Shown: positions 12,121-26,390 of the stretch, piece by piece
Numbering within the stretch: position 1 is the first letter of the stretch
How the letters are laid out: each line of letters begins with the position of its first letter
NCBI GenBank assembly: GCA_964252035.1
Contig: OZ176204.1
From: Podarcis erhardii
Taxonomy: Eukaryota
DNA length: 64,000 bases
Direction: 5' to 3' (one strand)
Program-made: the position numbers and the translations under genes
Notes under the pieces: generated by a model
The model's database searches: none
The model's input: only the letters and a program-made list of their open reading frames with translations
Told to the model about the DNA's origin: nothing

Positions 12121-14205
12121 GAATGTGACACATTTGAAAATAATTGTGTCTGAGAGATGACTCGCAAAGTAAAAAAAAGGTTTGTTTTCAGTGTGCCACT
12201 GCAATAGCTCGTTCACACATGGATTTTATCCCTTAATGTGTAGTCCTCAACTACAAATGTGGATGTGTGAATTAGACTATAAATACATACCCTGTGACTA
12301 TGAACTGTGTATTTTATCTAGCAAACAGCACCAATAATACTTTTTCCATTGTTGGTAGTGAGTCACTATTTTTAGCATAAAAGTTGACTTGTCATTCACA
12401 TTTGTTTCATTTTGTTTCAAAAGCTTCCTGCTGTTATTTAGAAAACATGCTCCCAGACAACATAAAGTAATGTCTTGTTATAAATGGTATTTAAGGTTTA
12501 AATAATTTCATAGAGCAGATGGCTATTATGAAAGAAGGGGGAAATTCCAAGGCATCTCCCCCAGCCATTCTATTAAATCTGTTTAAAATGACTATAAAAG
12601 AAAAAATAATACATCAAATGAATCTGATAAGGGGCATAGGGAAACCCAAGTTTTTTAATGCAATATGTCAAATTTTTCATGTACAAATCAAAGGACAGAA
12701 TATCCTCCATCATCTATAACACTGAAAGTATGACCCTAATAATGAACATTTAGTAACAATGTTTTTTTTATTTCTGTTTCAATATTACTTGCAAGAACTA
12801 TTAATTTTCATTCCCTTTTGTCTTTCTCCATATGATACATAAAAATAGAAAGGTATATGATTTACAAATTATTATGGCGACTAAGAATAGCAAGATTATT
12901 AGACCCAAATGTTATTACAACATATCCAAGAACTACAGAGTTAGAATTTTTCTTTTCTTAACAATGTTGTTGTTTTTTGGTGTTATATGGAATATTTTTG
13001 ATACTGTACAATTCTGTCATATAAATAAAAATCTTTATTTTAAAAAATTGCATGTTTTCCCACTGTTAGCTGTACAGTAAAATGTGAAACAATGTTATGC
13101 TGTGAGCTTATTGTGTTATTTTATCCAGTGAATATGTGCAAATATGGTTTGATTCTCAGGAACAGATTAGATAATTTTATAAAGTTAATTTAACATTTTT
13201 TCAATGTTTTCAGAAGCAGTGTGGGAGCAGTGGTAATGTAACTGCTTTCATTCTGCTCCCAATATTATTTCAAGTGAAGTGATCTTGTATGTAGCAGTGT
13301 TCATTATGTGGTGGTTACTTCCCATGGCTCCCAAGACAGAGTGCTGTCGGTATGGAGAGGAACCATACTGTGAATTCCATGTATATATGACCTATTTTCT
13401 TCAAATGTGGTTGGGAGTAGCTACACCCTCAATTTAATGCTGTTTTAAAATAAGTATTTCCCTCTGTAAAAAGCTAGAATTATTAGGTACTTGTCTGCCT
13501 CAGTTTCAAAGAACTGAGAAAAATGTCATATACTCCTACTGAATTTGATCATAGTAACCCAAAACCAATTTTTCTCCATTAACATTCTACAATGCAGATT
13601 TGCACCAGAAAAAAAATGGAAACAGTGTACTGTACATTTTGCAGCATGGCCCTATGAACCTTTGTGCATCAGTAATGAAAAAGTGGATAGGGTATTCAAA
13701 GAGACATGGTCTGTTGTTTCACCATTGCAACCTGCAGTGAAGCACAAAGGACCAGTGACTCATCTCCATATTCTACAAAGTTGTACTGCAAAATATTTTC
13801 ACAGGATACTTTTAAGAGACACATGGGGGCAGAGTTGAACTTCCAGTGAACATAGTACCGTTTACTTGTTGCTTTCCCCCCTCCAAGTCACCACTGCTAA
13901 AGTGCCAATGCAGAACTGGGCTGCAGATCATATTGTATTTAAGTATTATCTATTTTAAAGATTTTTATCCTGCCTTTTGATTGTAATAGACACCAAGATG
14001 CTTTGCAATACCTGTTAAAACAAATTTAAAAGAGCAAGAATATTTATAGTAAGCAATAAACAGTCTAAAACAAATTAGTGATGCACATTAACAGCAGCAA
14101 AAATACCAATAAATTTGTTAGAGCTAAGCAGTGTTAACTGCTATTATATTCTCAGGCAAACAGGACAGACTTGGTCTGGTGTCTAAAAGCTATTAATAGC
14201 AACAC

Positions 14206-14254
<49 letters not shown>

Positions 14255-14778
14255 TCTTTATTGTCATTACACAAGTGCAACATTGCACAAGTGCAACGAA
14301 ATTGGATGCCATCCCTTAAAAACAACAAAAGCAAAACAACAACAACAACCAAACAAACCACATTCCAGCCACACCCACACCCACACCCATCAAACTCCCA
14401 GGTCACACTATCGAGTTACTGCATTTAAGAAGGCCACAGCTCTTGGATAGAAACTATTTTTCAGTCTATTTGTCCTTGACTTGATGTTTCTGTATCTCCT
14501 GCCAGAAGGCAGTAGTACAAACAGACTGTGTCCCGGGTGAGATGCATCCTGCAGGATATTGTTTGCTTTCCTAAGACAACGGGAACCGTACAGTTCTTCC
14601 AAAGATGGGAGGGGATGACCAATAATCCTTTGGGCTGTGGTTATGACCTTCTGGAGCACCTTCCTCTTCCTAGCTGTACAGCTGGAGAACCAGGCACAAA
14701 TACAGTATGTGAGAATGCTCTCTATGGAGCCTCGGTAGAAGGACACCAGCAGTCTCTCACTCAGATTGAGAGTTATAC
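14206..14778 (-). mobile_element. Rex1/Babar non-LTR retrotransposon, 3' fragment with (TCTA)n tail
   Basis: The minus ORF reads LNLSERLLVSFYRGSIESILTYCICAWFSSC..HPGHSLFVLLPSGRRYR..RTNRLKNSFYPRAV (Rex1 ORF C-terminus). The 3' UTR ends GTTGCACTTGTGTAATGACAATAAAGA followed by (ATCT)n at 14206-14254. Confidence 0.88.
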
Positions 14779-14789
14779 CTAACAGTATA

Positions 14790-15159
14790 AAGGGTCGTGG
14801 GTGGTGCTGTGGTCTAAACCACTGTGCCCAGGGCTTGCGGATTGGAAAGTCGTGGTTCGAATCCCCGTGACGGGGTGAGCTCCCATTGCTGGGTCCCTGC
14901 TCCTGCCAACCTAGCAGTTCGAAAGCATGTCAAAGGGCAAGTAGACAAATAGGTACCGCTCCGGCAGGAAGGTAAACAGTGTTTCCGTGTGCTGCTCTGG
15001 TTTCGCCAGAAGCAGCTTAGTCATGCTGGCCATATGACCCGGAAAAACTGTCTGTGGACAAACATCGGTTCCCTCGGCCAGTAAAGTGAGAGCGCTGCAA
15101 CCCAAGTCATTCGCGACTGGACTGTCAGGGGTCCTTTACCTTTACCTTTACCTTTTTAA
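14790..15159 (+). mobile_element. Sauria SINE, full length
   Basis: GGGTCGTGGGTGGTGCTGTGG head and (CCTTTA)n tail. Perfect 11-bp TSD CTAACAGTATA (14779-14789, 15160-15170). Confidence 0.95.
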
Positions 15160-15386
15160 CTAACAGTATAGCATTTTCAGAGCTTCAAATTGATTGAAAT
15201 GCATTATCTAGCTGAAATCCTTACAGCATCCTAAGTTACAGGACTGTCTGCCAGTCCATTTCTAGACACAATTCAAAGCACTGGTTATGTCCTACAAATC
15301 CTTAAATAGCTTAAGACCAAGCTATCTCAAGTGCTGATATCCTCCCAAGATTTCATTCTATCTGTCCAACCAACATTTAAGATATA

Positions 15387-15620
15387 CAGTGGTACCTCGG
15401 GTTAAGAACTTAATTCGTTCTGGAGGTCCGTTCTTAACCCGAAACTGTTCTTAACCTGAGGTACCACTTTAGCTAATGGGGCCTCCCGCTGCCGCCTCTG
15501 CGTGATTTCTGTTCTCATCCTGAAGCAAAGTTCTTAACCTGAGGTACTATTTCTGGATTAGCGGAGTCTGTAACCTGAAGTGTCTGTAACCTGAAGTGTC
15601 TATAACCCGAGGTACCACTG
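15387..15620. mobile_element. Tc1/mariner-superfamily MITE, family B
   Basis: TA|CAGTGGTACCTCGGGTT ... AACCCGAGGTACCACTG|CA. Four copies in the window. Confidence 0.92.
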
Positions 15621-16904
15621 CATTTGGTGAAAACTCAAGAAAAGGCCTTTCAGGGACTACATCCAAACTTTGGAGCTGTCTCCCAAGTAAGACTTGCCCA
15701 GACCCTTCATTGATGGCCATATGCAGGAAGGTAAAAAGTATATTAAGCATGCATTTGTTTTACTTTCCTAGGACCAGCATGCAAACCATACGTAGTTCCT
15801 AAATTAATTTCCACTTTTTCCATGCATTATCTGTATGCTTATTTAGGAAACTTAAAACCCTTGGATTATCACCAAAGGGGGGGGGGGAGCAACCATTACT
15901 ACGAAAATGTACACACATCTCCAAGGAGTCTATTAATGTTCTTACAAAATTAAACTGCACTGCCCTTTCTGTTTATTGCGAATAAGTTCAACTACTGAGC
16001 TGATCTGAGGTGCAGAAAAAGCACTTTTGGTGTGACATTTGCATACACAACTCTAAATGGTAGAAAGATGTTTACTGTTAATGCAACGTTATTTAATACT
16101 GTGCACAACATGTTAGCAATGCCTTGGGTCCATACCAGAAACACAAATTCTACTTTTTATGAGTGAAGATCAGAGAAGTTGAAGCTATATCTCTGTAAGT
16201 ATCACAAGAGTAAACAGCAGTTACTGAAGACCTGAATCGCCTTTGCCTTGCTTTCCCTCTGCCTTTGCATTATTGCACTGCCAACAAGTCAGGTCTGACA
16301 GAATATAGCAATAAGAAGTCTCTTGGCTTTTAACATAACATTGAATCCAAATATTAGAACATCTAACCTGGTTTTATTAGTAAATCATAAAACTGGATGG
16401 TGAAGCCTGAATCTAGGCATTTGGCACTTTGAAATGTTGGCATGTATCAGCTGGATTCTTTACTACATTCTATGATGGCCTTTGAAAGATTTGTGCATTC
16501 CAGCCCTAAAAAATGCCAAGCAATAAATTAACAGGGAAAGGGAATTAAGGAATTCTTCACATTATAACCAAGCTCTTCATTTTGCTTAAGAGCAGCCTTT
16601 TGCTTCAGTATTCATTTATTACTTGAGCAAAGAATAACTTCCATGTCCACTGATTTCTTACACAGGAAAATAAAACATGTATTTCCACTACATAGCCTGC
16701 AACCTGGGAATTGCCTGGCTGGTTCAAATCAGTATGTGAAATTCAGCCACTCCCTGCTCTCATTGTTACAATGGTCAGTGGTCATCTATTAAACATTAAA
16801 AGATATATCAAGATATCAAGCCTTTTGGGTTATAGATACTAGAGCAGGGATGGGTGACTTCTATCATGCTAGAACCATCAGCTGCAGACCCTTCAAGTTT
16901 CCCT

Positions 16905-17575
16905 ATTTTCCAGGGACATCCCTGATTTAGAGACGCCATCCCAGTTTCTGGTTTGACTCCAGAATGTCCCACTTTTCTTTAGGATGTCCCTATTTTCATT
17001 TGAGAAATGTTGGAGAACATGGTAAAGGTAAAGGGACCCCTGACCATTAGGTCCAGTTGTGGCCGACTCTGGGGTTGCAGAGCTCATCTCACTTTATTGG
17101 CCGAGGGAGCCTGCGTACAGCTTCTGGGTCATGTGGCCAACATGACTAAGCCGCTTCTGGTGAACCAGAGCAGCACACAGAAACACCGTTTACCTTTCTG
17201 CCGGAGCGGTACCTATTTATCTACTTGCACTTTGACGTGCTTTCAAACTACTAGGTTGGCAGGAGCAGGGACTGAACAACGGGAGCTCACCCTGTTGCGG
17301 GGATTCGAACCGCCGACCTTCTGATCAGCAAGTCCTAGGCTCTATGGTTTAACCCACAGCGACACCCGCATCCCTCGGAGAACATGGTAGGATGTCCCTA
17401 TTTTCATGGGAGAAATGTTGGCGGATATGGAGTTATCTGACCCCCGAGCCGTCTGAAGGCAATCCTGTATAAGGAAGGTTTTTTAAAATGTTTACTGTTC
17501 TACTATTTTTTATATACGTTGGAAGCTGCCCAGAGTGGCTGGGGCAATCCAGCAAGATGTGTGGGATATAAATAG
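16905..17575 (+). repeat. Unclassified interspersed repeat with L2-like 3' tail, interrupted by a Sauria SINE
   Basis: The unit TAGGATGTCCCTATTTTCAT..GAGAAATGTTGG is duplicated either side of the SINE. The element ends GGAAGCTGCCCAGAGTGGCTGGGG..GGATATAAATA. Confidence 0.45.
17025..17376 (-). mobile_element. Sauria SINE, full length
   Basis: Perfect 13-bp TSD GGAGAACATGGTA (17012-17024, 17377-17389). Confidence 0.95.
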
Positions 17576-20500
17576 TTCTTTTTGCATCTTTTAAGGAACT
17601 GATATACTAAAACATCCAGAGTCCTCCTTAGCTATGGAGATCAAGATCATGAACTAGTGGGAGGCTCTCTGATGCTTAGACTAAAAGAAAACATAGAAGG
17701 AAATGAGTTTCACTGCAGTCTTCTGCACTATTAGATAGAGAAATGAAGTCAGCAAATGAACTCAGCACTTCTAAAGAGAATTTCACTGTCACTGCTCCAG
17801 TAAAAGCAGCTATTATACCAGACACCACTTCTGTGTGACAGCTTCTGCTGGCAAATACAAACTGAACAATTTGTCCTCTTCCACAAGCCATGCCAACCAG
17901 TCTGGAAAATGGAGGAAGATAATATTAATCTACCTACCTAACACATGGAAGTATTTCTGAATTTCTTTAAAGATCTAAACAACTCCATAAAACTTGACAT
18001 TTGATAAAGACCAGTACATTAAGCTGCAGTGTAGTGTTTGGATTCCATTCATTTTTTGAGGGCTTGAAATATTGAGGTTTATTCAAATTCATCTACAGTA
18101 CTAACAATAACTAGACATCAGAAACCAAGTTTTGGCTAGCTCTGGTGAAACAGTATGTGGAAATAATCTGCTATCCTTGCTATTAACACAAAGGAGCACA
18201 TATAGCCCCCATCATGCCTGCTTTTTTATTTTTTGTCCAGAAATGCTGACCATTTGCTTTCCTAATACCAGCTATACCATTAATTGGCAATGGTTCACAC
18301 CTACCAGTAAACCACAGTTTAGCAAACTCTTGGACTGGGGTATTGTTTGGGGTTTTTTGGGGGGGGGATGTTGCTGTTCTTGATGTTAGTTTTTAGTATT
18401 TTTATTTTAGATTTTGTGATTTATATAGAAATTGTTCAGTTTAGCTGTGTATTTTTTGATGTTTTGTTTTTGACTACTTTTTAATGTTGCAGTTACATAT
18501 TTTTTCATGCTATAAGCTGCCTTGAGCATGGTTTGAATTGTGGAAAGGTGGCATACTAATACAATTGTGTATGTATATATTATGAGGACAAACTTCAATG
18601 AGCCTTAGGGCTTGCCTGTTCCCAGCTGTCTTCATCCAAAGCGGTGACAAGGAGGTTGGAAACTTGTGCTTATGTTTTAGATTAACCACAATTCAGCAAT
18701 ATGTCTGTACCCTGAACTATTATTGAAACAAGCCAGCTTCTTAAACCAACTCATGAAGCGTGATCAGAATGGTGATAGCAGGTGGACGGCACTCATTCCC
18801 ATGACCTTTCCATGGGTTTACTTAACCCTGATAATTAAAGCTTGCAGGAGGATAGGACTGAATCCCAATATTACTTACAGTAGCAGTCTCTTTCAATGGA
18901 TGCTTCCAGAATATCACTACTGTGAGGGAGGAAATCAAGTGCGTAACGGAACTTTAGGTTTGCTCAGCTAAAGTGGATTAAAGGATTCTGTCACCATAGC
19001 ACAACAAATCCACTCTAAAAAAAGAATCAGACTTTTTGTGAATCGGAAAGTAATGATGAAATATACTGGAAAAAGTGGGACGAATAAATGACTAATAGGA
19101 AGACATATAAATACTCCACAAGCCAATCAGGATAAATTCAGGACAAATGTTCCTTGTCGTATCACCATCCAAGAAAAAAGTCAGAACAAATACTCAGTAA
19201 AGACTGGATATAAATGAACTACATAGGCTTCATGCAAGCAAATGAGGATGAATGCCCCAAAATAGGTCATCTGGAGCAGCCCCAAACACAGGACAAAAGG
19301 TCCACAATTAGGGTAGTAAAACCCCAGAAAATGAAGAAAACACTTGAAGCAGGTACAGGCAGACACCAAAAATAAAAAAGGAGGCAGCCTTCAAGAACAA
19401 GCCAACAAGGATGCTGCTCAAATTACTTCTCCATATGCAGAACAGCAGATACTGGCCTTTCTCTTGAATAATGCAATCTGCACAGTATTTTATCATTGTA
19501 CAAGGAGTGCATGAATGGGAGAAGTATCTGGGTGTTATAGAATGTTGATCAGATCTGTCCTTCTGTACCTTACTGCCACTCCCTGATTTCTCAAAACCCG
19601 CCATCCGAAGCATCTGCTTCCCTTTGCCTAATGGTAGGGTCAATATGGTAGATGGATAAATAAGAAGACAGATATTGGGAGGATCAGTATGCACTTGGGT
19701 GCAAGAGGACAAGAAGAGGGCATGAGAAGCATTTGCCAAGGCCTCTACTGGCACACATATAACCATTTCATTTTTGTCCAAGATGGCAGTGGATGTGCCA
19801 GTAGCCCGTGATTGGAACCTGGTGGGTTATCTCTGTTTACAAAACATAATGAAAAAGAAAACAAAAGCAACATCAAGTAAGAGGTACTTTATTATCATTG
19901 TTGGCAGAGACAGTTCACCAACATGCTCAACCATTACCCCTTAAATCCACCTCAAAGAGGACATTTTGACCCATGAAAACGCTGATGTGGTTCAAGAGCT
20001 TATTGTTACCTCTTATGGACTTAACTTTTGTGTTTCATTTACTAGGCTGAGAGCCAACACAGCAGCTTTCATGAATATCAAAATCCATGCTCTTTTCTAG
20101 CCAGGCGTGTGTGAAATTATTCATCTCATCACTTGATAATGGAGCTAATTGTTCCCAAACTCCTTGATGGTATCTATAAAAACAGATTACCAGGTGGGGG
20201 GAAATTACACACAGTTTCATTGCTTAACCATTCCTCATACTTAAGACTTAAAGAATCCAGAGGTCCCTGGTAGTTCTTACAGCAGAAACAGGGGAGGGGT
20301 GTTTTTGGTTGTTTTTGTACAAGTCCTGACAGCTGGCATTTTGCATGCTCTGATACACCACAGGGTTCTTTTCACCCATACATGCCTTGTTTTTGAAAGG
20401 TGCTGTGCACATCAGCATCTTTGGGATTTGGAAGATTTATCCCCACCAGCTGCTATATGGCAACAACGGAGGAACCAAGGCAGAAAAAGGAGCCAGCATA

Positions 20501-21446
20501 ATGAGACCAAAAGAGCATTAGGAATTACTGAAATGAGAAACAATTGCTTCGGTAAGAGCACACGGACTTTAAAATTGCAAATCTTTACCATTTCAACTTG
20601 CCTAATTGCTGCTACAGTTGATTTCCTTTCACTTAATAAATCAGAGTAGATTGAATTCCACAGAAAAGTTAATTACCTCAAATGACACTTGAAGAGGTAA
20701 TAGATACACACTCTCCCCTACAAAAAAAAAAAGTTCTTCCCATTGAAATCAATGGGAAACTTAATTTCAGTTCCTTTCCTGCCCTATTCTTTTCTCAGTG
20801 CACCGTAACCAAAACCGTGTCAGTTACAGTACGTTGGAAGATGTCCAGTAAGCTTCATGTTTGAACAAGGTTTTGAATCTAACTCTTCAGTGGTCAAACC
20901 CAACATTCCATCTCACAGCTCCCACCTGGCACTTAAGCTCACTTAACAGGACGTGCTTTCCTTTCCCTTTCCTCCAGATAGTTTCTGCACAGCTGTTACT
21001 GCTCTCCCTCGTTTTATCTTGTTTCATTCAGTGTATACAAGCCTCGCCAAAATGCATGTGAAGGGCATTTGGAACAGATACTACAAAACCTGAGGAAATT
21101 CCAAAAGCTATCCTTCCTATTAACATAATCTCATTTGTTTATCTTGACTTTCTTCTTACTTCTCCCCAGATCCTAAACACTGAATCGTAAAAGCAAGGCA
21201 TCAATGAGTGAAAACCACGTTCACAACATGGTTAAGATGCAGTACAGAATGAAGTCTTGACACTTGACAAATGGCAACGTTCTGCAGCGTTCTGAAATTT
21301 CAAGCCTAATATCCTAGTACTTAGAAGAATTAAATGAAGCAATTACTGCAAATCTAGTAAACACCCAGCTGCTTTCTGTAAGGTAGTGCTGCTGCTGCTA
21401 CTTCAACAGGGTGAAAAATGGCTGGGAACCCTTCAGAATTCTTATA

Positions 21447-21672
21447 CAGTGATACCTCGGGTTACATATGCTTCAGGTTACAGACTCCGCTAAGTCAGAA
21501 ATATTACCTCAGGTTAAGAACTTTGCTTCAGGATGAGAACAGAAATCGTGTGGTGGTGGTGTGGCGGCAGCGGGAGGCCCCATTAACTAAAGTGGTGCTT
21601 CAGGTTAAGAACAGTTTCAGGTTAAAAACGAACCTCCGGAACGAATTAAGTTCTTAACCCGAGGTACCACTG
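21447..21672. mobile_element. Tc1/mariner MITE, family B
   Basis: TA|CAGTGATACCTCGGGTT ... CCGAGGTACCACTG|TA. Confidence 0.92.
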
Positions 21673-22308
21673 TACATGAAATCAATGAAAGGCCTGCCAG
21701 CTTTGTGCTAACTCCAAGGCAGCTTCCAAATTAAGACGGGCTGAAACACAGAATTTCCACAAGTCAAGATTGGGGCATGGGTGCTATTGTCTCCTTTTTC
21801 CATCCTTTCTCACGTGTTCTTTTTACACGTGGATAGTTCTGAAGAACTAGCTATAGCAAATCAGCTAGGACACCTGAACCACATAAGAAGATGGGAAATC
21901 CAGCTAGGATTAACCATTATTAAAACCGGTGCAGAAGTTAACAGTGAACCATGAATATGGTTAATAAAGGACTGCCGGGGGAAAGGAGGTTTGCACTGGA
22001 CGGGAAAAGATAGCTCTTCATTTTGATACCGCTATGCAGGGAAGCAACACTGACTACAATGAAAATTATTTTTGTTGAAACTTTCATAGATACTGGCAAT
22101 GAAGGAAGAGTTTAATGTCACAAACCAAGAAGCACAAATAAGTTATATGTAGTAGTACAGGAAATCAAGAGGTCCCCAAGTGTTTTGACTTGTGCTAGCT
22201 CTTCATCAACTGACCCCCTGAGATGCTTACTTCCGCCCTATAGTTTTCAAGAGGAGCTGCATGACACCCATATCCTGCAAAGAGTTACAGCAACAAGTCA
22301 TTCTCTAG

Positions 22309-22427
22309 GGGTGGTTTTCAACTAAATTTTACTCAGAGCAGACCCACTGAAATTAACGAGTCCAATTTAGCCATGTACATTAATTTCAGTGGGTCTACTT
22401 TGAGTAAAACTAATTTGCATACCACCC
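22309..22427. repeat. Palindromic (foldback) interspersed repeat
   Basis: GGGTGGT..TTTTACTCAGAGCAGACCCACTGAAATTAA is inverted in the right half (28/30 core match), and the element ends ACCACCC. Confidence 0.75.
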
Positions 22428-25400
22428 GGAGTATCTAAGAGGGCTAACTAAGCCACTTTACCACAGGATTTCCAGACAATACTATCTTAAATGATACCAG
22501 AACAGGAATTCCATTGAGGAAATGGATAATACCACAGTAACACTTTCCCCATTTAATCAGAGATTCCTAGGCTTTCTCATGTCAAATTTATGGTGTGGGA
22601 GCTGCTGCAACAAACTGCCTTCACATATTGCTATTGCAATGGCAATGTCAGAAGCCATGGGCTACACTGATATTTTTTCCGACCTCAATGTTTCCTCCTT
22701 CACCAAATGAGGTGATGCAGGTGTGAAGGAACCTGAACCAATGTGGCCCACGGCTTCTGGTATTACTTTCATTGCATGAAAAGGAGCCACAATACAGTGG
22801 CTTCCATTCTTCAAATGCCAAGGTTCCCAGAGACCAAAGGCATACAGATAAATACTCTATACCTGAAGCACTATATGGTCAGCCCTTATTGTACAGAGCA
22901 ATGAAATCTAAAATGCAAACGCCCTGATCTTACTGAATACTTCATTCCTTGGAAGAATCGCAAGTGTCTGCTTGTTCTTGCAAAATGCTTCAGCCTCAAA
23001 GAGAGCCTAACTATGTGGAACGGCAAAGGAATTTAGATTTCATAAAACTTCCCATTGCTCTGAACTGTTCAGCTGGCTGTCACAGCATGAGCAAAGAACA
23101 ACTTCTTTGTCTCTGTCACACTCCCAGCACTAGAACATAAAAATTCTCTCTGCTGTTATCAATCTGACTCGGAGTGCATTTCTTCCCATCATCACTTGAG
23201 CTTCCTTCCTTGTCACTTCATTAGTCACATGGTGACCTGTGAAGACCATGAAAAAGTAAAGGCCATATAGGTTTCAGGCTCCCAGTGTCTATGGATAAGT
23301 GATTTTTTATAATATATCACTAAAGCTCAGTGACAAAAAAGCTCAGAAGACACATGACAACAATATCTTTCAGACCAGGCTGAAGGGAGGGAATAAAGGT
23401 TAATATGTCTCTATGGGCAGCTCATCAAGAAGCATCTCCAACCCTCTTCCCAGAGGACAAATGGAATATCATTTGTCCTTGTGTCCACTGACATTTATCG
23501 ACAAAACTCAAGAATAATTATCCCAATATTTGTTGAGGTTACTTTTAAATATTTCATTCTAATCAAAGATAAAAGGGCAGCTAAAAAATAGGGGTTGAGG
23601 GGAGGTAACACCATTTCTAAAAGGTGTTCCTGACAGAATATAGTGAACCATTTCAGTAAGGAAAAATTTCTATGACCCAAGATCTGAAGCTATCACCTTT
23701 CCTTTCTACTTAACCTGACCCCAACATTTAGCCAAATGTTATTTAGTGGTTTGCTGAAATCCTATCAAGCCTCCTGATTGCAGAGGTAAGTTTGAACATC
23801 GGATGTTTCCCATTGTGTTCTTCAGTGTCAAAAAGACTTACTTGTTGGTAATGATTAATGTATGCATTTTTATGTTCTGAGCACATGAATATTTGTCAAT
23901 GCAAAAAGAATATACAGTAGGAGGATGTTCTGTAAAATGAACACAATCATCTTAATTGATTTTATACTTCCCAATCCATTTTGTTGTGACACACACTTTC
24001 CTAAAGCTAAGATTTCACCTGTTGTAACATCCTTGCCTTTGCATCATTTGCAAAAACAAATAATTACTATAAAATGCTTCTGCCATGGTTGGTTTAGTAA
24101 AATGAGGCAGATTGGGTGCAGTATTTTTAAAAAAGTTGTAAAGAACTGAAAAATTATCTGAAAACTATAAATGTCAGTAAAGAGGGGGGTTTTTTAAAGT
24201 CTATTAATAAAATGCTTCAAGCATCTGTATCACTTTCCCTAGTGCAATTTTACTGAGGTCAATGGACCTGAATTCACAACACCATTTTAATGTCTGTCTC
24301 CTGTCCTGCCTCTAACATCTAGCTATTAAGTGCCAATCTACAGGATGGATTTTTAAGAGTAATGTCATCACAACTTGATTTCTCCAGTGGTTTTTGTAGG
24401 GTCAACCAATCTTGTAAATGCTACATCCATCATCTGTCGAGATAACAATTCACCACTTTCTGAAAATGAGGAGACAAACTTTGTAAAAGTTGAACCAGGC
24501 CTGCTTGATTCCAAGGAATAAAAGTGATCATATGAACTGGTTCTGAACACCTCATACCACAATAGAACCAAGCTTAGTAATGACTATGTGCCACTGAAAA
24601 TATATGGATTTAGGTTAATTATGACTAACATGTTCTATTGGTTTTACTGGGAACCTGTGCCCATATCTAAATTCTCAGTTGCTTAATCTGCTGTTTTCTG
24701 CATTTCTTTTGTTGCTTTTATCTGTGATAATTAACAGAAGGAGAACCAATAAAGTTTGCCAGCCCATTTCCATCTGTTTTGCAAACAACATAAAGTTTGT
24801 TCCATATTCATATATTTAAGCATTTCAGACATGATCAAGAAGCAGGTAGTTTAAATTTTATTTCTGTGTTCGTTGCTAGGTAACTGTGGCTGGATAGAAT
24901 TTGATTGGCTATGTATTCAAAACGCTTGCCAGAAATGTTAGTACACACAAACAGGAGAGGGGGGGCCAGCAGGCAGGCAGACAGACAGACAGACCGACCG
25001 ACAGACCAAAACTCAGATACTTAAGGATGCTTTCTTTGGAAATCAGAAAGGAGTGACAGGTCATCAGCCTGCTTTCTCCCTCACAATGACCAGAATTCTG
25101 TAATTAGGAAGCAGAAATAATAGAAGAACACATAAGCAAAAACTCTGATTCAGTATCTTTATTAATAAGTCCTCTATGTATAAATAATAAGTGGTGTATT
25201 TTAACAAGGATGAGAGGCATTTCATGAGGTTTCTTTGCTCATTTTATAACAAATATGGGTGAGCTTGAATTTCCAGCATTAAAAACAACAGCAGTCCACA
25301 AAGCACTAACAAAACTCTTACAATCTATTTTGGCCTTTTTTCAGCTGCTACTTCACTTTACCCTATCCTCTGCTGTTGCCCAAAGAAAAATAAAACATTT

Positions 25401-25780
25401 TTTTTAAAAGTCCAGCAGCATCAGAGAGATCATTAACTTCAAAACCTTCGTTGCATCGTACTAAATTGGCCCAGTTGACACAGGATGACCAATCCATGTT
25501 CTATCCATCATCGGGACTATGCTTTGGGCTTAGTTCAAACCTTCATTTCTAATTCAAGCCATGTTAAAGCTACAATTGCAGTTCTAATTTGCAGGCATAG
25601 AATTGTTCATGGTAACCACCATTTGCCAAATGTGAACATCATTACGAGTTATGGTTATCATGAACCAGGACCAATGGAGGAAATCAGAGTGCACAAGGTA
25701 AGGAGGAAATACGTGAGCCTGAGGCATAGCCCTGGCAATCAAACCATGATTTGACTGTGAAATGTGAAAGGTAAATATGT

Positions 25781-25895
25781 AAGAAGAGCCTGATGGCTCA
25801 GACTAATGGCCCATCTAGTCCAGCATCTTCTCACAGTAGTCAAACAAATGCCTATGGGAAACATGCTTGAGAACAAGAGCACTTCCTGCCTTACT
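25781..25895 (-). mobile_element. CR1-type 3' UTR fragment
   Basis: AAGAAGAGCCTG..GGCCCATCTAGTCCAGCATC..CTCACAGT, homologous to the 26201 copy. Confidence 0.6.
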
Positions 25896-26200
25896 GTAAA
25901 GCATAAGCCTTACTCAGAATACCAACAAAAGCCTGCACAGCACAGACTATGTAGATACTGGATCAGAGCTCTACCAGGAACCTCCTAAACTAGAGACATG
26001 AAAACCAGAAGTTTCTGAACTGGTATCCCTCAAGACTGTATTTCTGGACTGGATACCACCAAGGGTCTTATCATGTTCCAGTTGACCATCACAGTCAGAG
26101 TACCATGTGAGAGATTATGGACAGGCAAGAGTGTCAGCTTCCAGGCTTGAGGGCTACCCCTTTAAGATACGGATGGTGGGTGGGTGGGTGGGTGTGCAAA

Positions 26201-26390
26201 AACATAAGAAGAGCCCTTCTGGATCAGGCCATTGGCTCATCAAGTCCATCATCCTGTTCTCATAATGGCCAGTCAAATGCCTATGGAAGCCTGCAAGCTG
26301 TACATCAGCGTGGCAGCACTCTCCCCACTAGTTATTCCCAGAAACTTGTAACCAGAGGCATACCACCTCCGACACAGGAGGCAGGATACA
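26201..26390 (-). mobile_element. CR1-type 3' UTR fragment
   Basis: AACATAAGAAGAGCC..CTGGATCAGGCCA.TGGC.CATC.AGTCCA.CATCCTGTTCTCA. Confidence 0.65.

Noticed and set aside
12200-13100. 3'-UTR-like AT-rich tract with AATAAA at 13024-13029
   Set aside because: No upstream terminal coding exon was identified, and AATAAA is expected by chance at this AT content.
18700-19800. Purine-rich stretch with several medium ORFs and a KYLGV-like word, possibly a decayed LINE or pseudogene
   Set aside because: The motifs are weak and not in the order expected for any RT/R4 protein, and there is no recognisable homology.
23842-23929. Minus-strand candidate exon (TTCATTTTACAG acceptor, GTAAGT donor, one open frame)
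   Set aside because: The translation is unrecognisable and I found no compatible neighbouring exons. Such splice-site pairs arise by chance; RNA-seq is needed.
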